DNA of 64,000 nucleotides from Rhodospirillaceae bacterium (GTDB lineage Bacteria; Pseudomonadota; Alphaproteobacteria; MPNO01; VGEU01): NCBI GenBank assembly GCA_050249455.1, contig JBFWQM010000002.1, positions 8,888 to 72,887 of the forward strand, read 5' to 3'. Shown piece by piece: positions 60,501 to 64,000 of this stretch (position 1 is its first letter; each line of letters starts with the position of its first letter). The notes under the pieces were generated by a model. It saw only the letters and a program-made list of their open reading frames with translations, ran no database searches and was not told where the DNA came from. The position numbers and the translations under genes were made by a program.

Positions 60501-61444
60501 GCCGCCTCGGCGCCGTAGTACAGCATCACGGCGTGCTTTGCCTCGGCGAAGAACAGCCAGCGCTCCACCAGCACGCCGGCCGAGGCAGATAGCGCCGCCG
60601 CCGCCATGCACGGGATGGCAAGCCAGCCGGGCGCGTCCATGCCGGCAAGCACCAGCACGAACGGCACCGCGAACAGGCACACGAAGGCGATGCGCCGCAG
60701 CTTCGCCGCGTGGCGGCGCGCGACGGTGAACCCCATCTCGGTCTGGACGTAGTTCTCCTGCGTGTTCGGCGGGTCGAGCAGGCGCACCTTGCCGATCGCG
60801 CCGAGGCCGGTCGCGGACTCGACCGTCGCCGGCCCGCGCGTCGTGTCGATGAAGCGCCAGTAGGTTCGCTTCAGCCAGAACGCGAGGATGATGGCGCCGA
60901 CGCAGACCAGCGCCACCCACGGCGTCCAGTAGCCGAAGATGCGCACCAGCGCGCCGAACCACAGCGCGCCGGTCATCAGCGACAGCGCCAGGTAGTTGGG
61001 CAGCACATGGCGGTTGTGCCAGGCGTGGACCGGCTTCAGCGAGGCGTAGATCATCGCGGTGCAGACCACCGTGACGGCCGCGCACACGGCGGCGACGAGC
61101 CCGAACGCCGCCCAGACGCCGCGGTTGTCGCCGAGGAACACCCAGCCGATCGCGAACAGCCCCGCCGGCACGTAGGTCGCGACCGAGGCGACGCCTTCGC
61201 GCGACAGCCACGAGGTGCGCCACTGCGAGAACGCCCGCCACGCCCGCTCGGGATGGCCGAGATGGAACGTGGACGACAGCAGGCCGAAGGTGATCGCGCC
61301 GAGCGACAGCCCGAACCCGATCAGCCCCAGCCACAGATCCGGCGGCAGCGTGCCGGCCGCGGCGAACACCGCCATCAGCGCGAGCAGGCCGTAGCCGGCG
61401 CCGGAGGCGGTGGTGAAGAAGATGACGGAATAGGCTGGATGCAC
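60497..61444 (-). CDS. DmsC/YnfH-like membrane anchor subunit of a molybdopterin oxidoreductase
   Basis: A GTG start gives VHPAYSVIFFTTASGAGYGLL, typical of the DMSO-reductase anchor family. About eight TM helices. The upstream part of the track ORF is encoded by a repeat element. Confidence 0.75.
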   Translation of the reverse strand: MHPAYSVIFFTTASGAGYGLLALMAVFAAAGTLPPDLWLGLIGFGLSLGAITFGLLSSTFHLGHPERAWRAFSQWRTSWLSREGVASVATYVPAGLFAIGWVFLGDNRGVWAAFGLVAAVCAAVTVVCTAMIYASLKPVHAWHNRHVLPNYLALSLMTGALWFGALVRIFGYWTPWVALVCVGAIILAFWLKRTYWRFIDTTRGPATVESATGLGAIGKVRLLDPPNTQENYVQTEMGFTVARRHAAKLRRIAFVCLFAVPFVLVLAGMDAPGWLAIPCMAAAALSASAGVLVERWLFFAEAKHAVMLYYGAEAA

Positions 61445-61502
61445 GGAGCGGGCTTTTCGTCGTGGTTGGGTTGGCGGAACGAGGCAGGCGTGGTGTCCGT
61501 GG

Positions 61503-61585
61503 CTACCCCTCCCCCCGACCGCCTCCCGCAAGGGGAGGGGGAGCAAAGCCCTCCCCCTCGACGGGGGAGGGTTGGGTGGGGGTGA
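61503..61585. repeat. G/C-run palindromic element between the FeS and anchor genes
   Basis: Contains CCCCTCCCC...GGGGAGGGG and CCCTCCCCC-TCGAC-GGGGGAGGG hairpins, the same word family as the DUF559-cassette arms. Confidence 0.55.
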
Positions 61586-61621
61586 CGCCGCGGCCCCGAA
61601 GCTTGACCGTGAGGCGCCGCG

Positions 61622-62368
61622 TCATCGCGACAGCACCGCGTCGATCCACTTGAGGAAGCGGTTGCCGCCGCCCGTCTCGGCCGGCTCCAGCCGCGCCGGC
61701 GCGCCGGTGCAGCCGGCGGCGGTCTTCGGCGCGCGGGGCGGCAGGTACTTGTTGACCGGCTTGTAGCCCATCTCCGCCATCAGGTCGAAGCCGCCGCGCT
61801 CGGCGACCAGCTTCGAGACGTCGGAGTCCGGATCGCCGAGGTCGCCGAAATGGCGCGCCGATGCCGGGCAGGTCGCGACGCAGGCCGGCACGCGGTCGAT
61901 CTCGTCGAGGTTCTCGTTGTAGATGCGGTCGATGCACAGCGTGCACTTCTTCATCACGCCGGCGTCGTCGTCGAACTCGCGCGCGCCGTAGGGGCAGGCC
62001 CACGAGCACAGCTTGCAGCCGATGCAGACGTCCTCGTTGACCAGCACGATGCCGTCCTCGGCCCGCTTGTAGGACGCGCCGGTCGGGCACACGGTGACGC
62101 ATTGCGGCGTCTCGCAATGCAGGCACGAGCGCGGGAAGTGGACGGTGCGCGATTTCGCGCCCTCGCCGGCCTCGAAAGTGTGGATCCGGTTGAACCATAC
62201 GCCCGCGGCTTGCGCGCCGTACGGGTCGCGGTCGGGCAGCGGCGCGGAATGGCCGCCGGTGTTCCACTCCTTGCAGTTGACCGCGCAGGCGTGGCAGCCG
62301 ACGCAGGTGTCGAGGTCGATGACGAGCCCGAGCTTCTTCGCCGACGGGCTGGCGGGCAGCGCGGTCAT
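61622..62368 (-). CDS. 4Fe-4S dicluster (DmsB-like) electron-transfer subunit
   Basis: Contains CVGCHACAVNC, CLHCETPQCVTVCP, CIGCKLCSWACP and CTLC...CVATCP, i.e. four FeS cysteine clusters. Confidence 0.9.
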   Translation of the reverse strand: MTALPASPSAKKLGLVIDLDTCVGCHACAVNCKEWNTGGHSAPLPDRDPYGAQAAGVWFNRIHTFEAGEGAKSRTVHFPRSCLHCETPQCVTVCPTGASYKRAEDGIVLVNEDVCIGCKLCSWACPYGAREFDDDAGVMKKCTLCIDRIYNENLDEIDRVPACVATCPASARHFGDLGDPDSDVSKLVAERGGFDLMAEMGYKPVNKYLPPRAPKTAAGCTGAPARLEPAETGGGNRFLKWIDAVLSR

Positions 62369-64000
62369 CGGTCTTCACCGTTCGGCCGCCGCGGCTTGAA
62401 GCCGCGGCCGTAGCGCAGGATCGGCGGCCGCTTCGGCATGGTCGGCGGCGGCTTGAGCGGCGGGAAGCGCGGCACGGTCTCGCCGGCCTCCACCTCGTCG
62501 GCCTTCTCGATGCGCACCCGCAGGTCGTACCACGCCGCCTGTCCGGTGACGGGATCGGAGTTGGAATACCGGTAGCCGTCCTCGCGCGCCGGCAGCAGCT
62601 CGGCGATCACGTGGTTGAGCAGGAAGCCGCGGGTCGCCTCCGGCGCATCGGCGTCGAGATTCCATGCCCCGGCCCGCTTGCCGATCGCGTTCCACGTCCA
62701 GGCGGTGTCGGCGTTGACCCCCTCCATCAGCCGGACCTGGACCTTGATGCGGCCGTGGTGGCTGGTCACCCACACCCAGTCGTCGTCGCCGATGCCGAGC
62801 TGCGTCGCCTTGGCGCGGTTCATGTAGAGCCGATTGGCGCCGTGGATCTGGCGCAGCCAGGCGTTCTGCGAGCCCCAGGAGTGGTACATCGCCATCGGCC
62901 GCTGGGTCAGCGCGTGCATCGGGAAATCGGCGTTGTTGACCGCGTCCTCCTCGAACGGCGTGTACCAGATCGGCAGCGGGTCGAAATAGGCCTCGATCCG
63001 CGCCTTGTGCTGCGCCGGCGGCTGCTTGGCGCCATGGCCGCGGGCGGCCAGGCGGAACCTCTGAATCGGCTCGGAATAGATCTGCAGCACGATCTGGTCG
63101 GCCTTGCCGATCCAGCCCATCGACGCCGCGTACTCCAGGTAGCCCTTGTTGGCGTGCTTGTAGTAGCGCTGGTCGTCGGGCAGCCGGTAGTGCCAGAAGC
63201 ACTGGTGCTCCAGGTAGTGCTCGAGCTGGCGCGGGTTGGTGGCGCCGACGCCGTGGCTGTCGCCGTTGCCGCGCCAGCCGGCCAGCATGCCGATGCCGGG
63301 CGCGCGCTCGTGGTTGGCCATGTAGTCGGCGTAGCCGCCGGGATAGCGGGCGCCGCCGTCCTCGCGCAGCAGGCCGGGCAGGCCCAGCCGGGCGCCGAGG
63401 TCGATCAGCACGTCCTGGAACGGGCGCACGTCGCGCTCAGGCTTTACCACCGGCTGGCGGATCGAATCGGCCGGGCCGTCGGCCTCGCAGATCGGGCGGT
63501 CGAGCAGCGAGATGCAGTCCCAGCGCTCCAGGTACGTCGTGTCGGGCAGCACCAGGTCGGCGTAGGGCACCATCTCGGAGAAGTAGGCGTCGGCATAGAT
63601 CAGCCGCGGGATGCGGTATTCGCCAGTCGCCGGATCCTTGTCGGTCAGCATCCGCATGGTGCCCGATGTGTTCATCGACGAGTTCCAGCTCATGTTCGCC
63701 ATGTACATGAACAAGGTGTCGATCGGGTACGGGTCGCCCTTCCACGCGTTGGCGATCACCATGTGCATGACGCCGTGCGCGGCGACCGGGGCCTCCCACG
63801 AATACGCCTTGTCGATGCGCCGAGGCGTGCCGTCGTCGTCGACCAGCAGGTCCTCCGGGCCGGTCGGGAAGCCGAGCGGCGGGCCGCCCATCGGCTTGCC
63901 GGGGCCGATCTGGTCGGCGCGGCCGGCCGGCTTCTGTGCCGGCGGGATCGGCTTGGGGAACGGCGGCTTGTAGCGGAAGCCGCCGGGGACGTCGATCGAG
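62365..64000 (-). CDS. molybdopterin oxidoreductase catalytic subunit (C-terminal ~545 codons; the 5' end lies beyond the window)
   Basis: The frame stays open to the window end upstream of the first Met at 63891. The MopB C-terminal beta-barrel block is GIGDDDWVWVTSHHGRIKVQVRLMEGV. ATGA overlap with the FeS gene. A Pro/Arg/Lys-rich tail lies at the C-terminus. Confidence 0.8.
   Translation of the reverse strand, partial: SIDVPGGFRYKPPFPKPIPPAQKPAGRADQIGPGKPMGGPPLGFPTGPEDLLVDDDGTPRRIDKAYSWEAPVAAHGVMHMVIANAWKGDPYPIDTLFMYMANMSWNSSMNTSGTMRMLTDKDPATGEYRIPRLIYADAYFSEMVPYADLVLPDTTYLERWDCISLLDRPICEADGPADSIRQPVVKPERDVRPFQDVLIDLGARLGLPGLLREDGGARYPGGYADYMANHERAPGIGMLAGWRGNGDSHGVGATNPRQLEHYLEHQCFWHYRLPDDQRYYKHANKGYLEYAASMGWIGKADQIVLQIYSEPIQRFRLAARGHGAKQPPAQHKARIEAYFDPLPIWYTPFEEDAVNNADFPMHALTQRPMAMYHSWGSQNAWLRQIHGANRLYMNRAKATQLGIGDDDWVWVTSHHGRIKVQVRLMEGVNADTAWTWNAIGKRAGAWNLDADAPEATRGFLLNHVIAELLPAREDGYRYSNSDPVTGQAAWYDLRVRIEKADEVEAGETVPRFPPLKPPPTMPKRPPILRYGRGFKPRRPNGEDR

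Overview
A GC-rich segment with alphaproteobacterium-like gene content: an orphan Bug/TctC binding protein, DUF2336, a Sel1-SPOR protein and RTX proteins. I call about 56 protein genes, two of them cut by the window edges. I found no rRNA, tRNA, CRISPR array, transposase, integrase or phage gene.

Most of the window is catabolic or redox operons:
- three UbiD-family decarboxylase paralogues
- two Rieske oxygenase alpha subunits (only one has a beta subunit)
- three Fe(II)/2-oxoglutarate-type oxygenases (two TauD/TfdA, one PhyH) and two alpha/beta hydrolases
- an AMP-forming CoA ligase
- a CoxMSL-like molybdenum hydroxylase
- a three-gene molybdopterin oxidoreductase with a DmsB-like FeS gene and a DmsC-like membrane anchor gene
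- a DapA-like / bicupin / ornithine-cyclodeaminase-like operon
- an EmrRAB-like MarR-HlyD-MFS operon

Features that stand out:
1. Two DUF559 (Vsr-like endonuclease fold) ORFs. Each sits between near-identical 37-bp G/C-run inverted repeats, inside an operon intergenic gap. An ORF-less derivative of the same repeat is also present, plus two looser relatives.
2. A three-gene nitrile-hydratase-family cluster with a split beta subunit and a His-rich extension on the alpha subunit. No activator gene is visible.
3. A radical-SAM gene coupled to a DUF4130-UdgX fusion gene, with an SOS-box-like motif at the start.
4. A gene of about 1,735 codons combining Calx-beta, a sugar-dehydrogenase-like propeller, three lectin-like domains and five Ig-like domains. 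It is bracketed by two roughly 70%-identical MetE-like paralogues.
5. An RTX protein with seven N-terminal blade-like repeats.
6. Several MITE/REP-like palindromic elements. One of them carries the stop codons of both flanking genes in its terminal inverted repeats.

Coordinates of internal start codons were derived by residue counting within the supplied ORF frames. Hairpin and repeat coordinates may be off by 1-2 nt. All family assignments come from motifs read by eye, not from searches.
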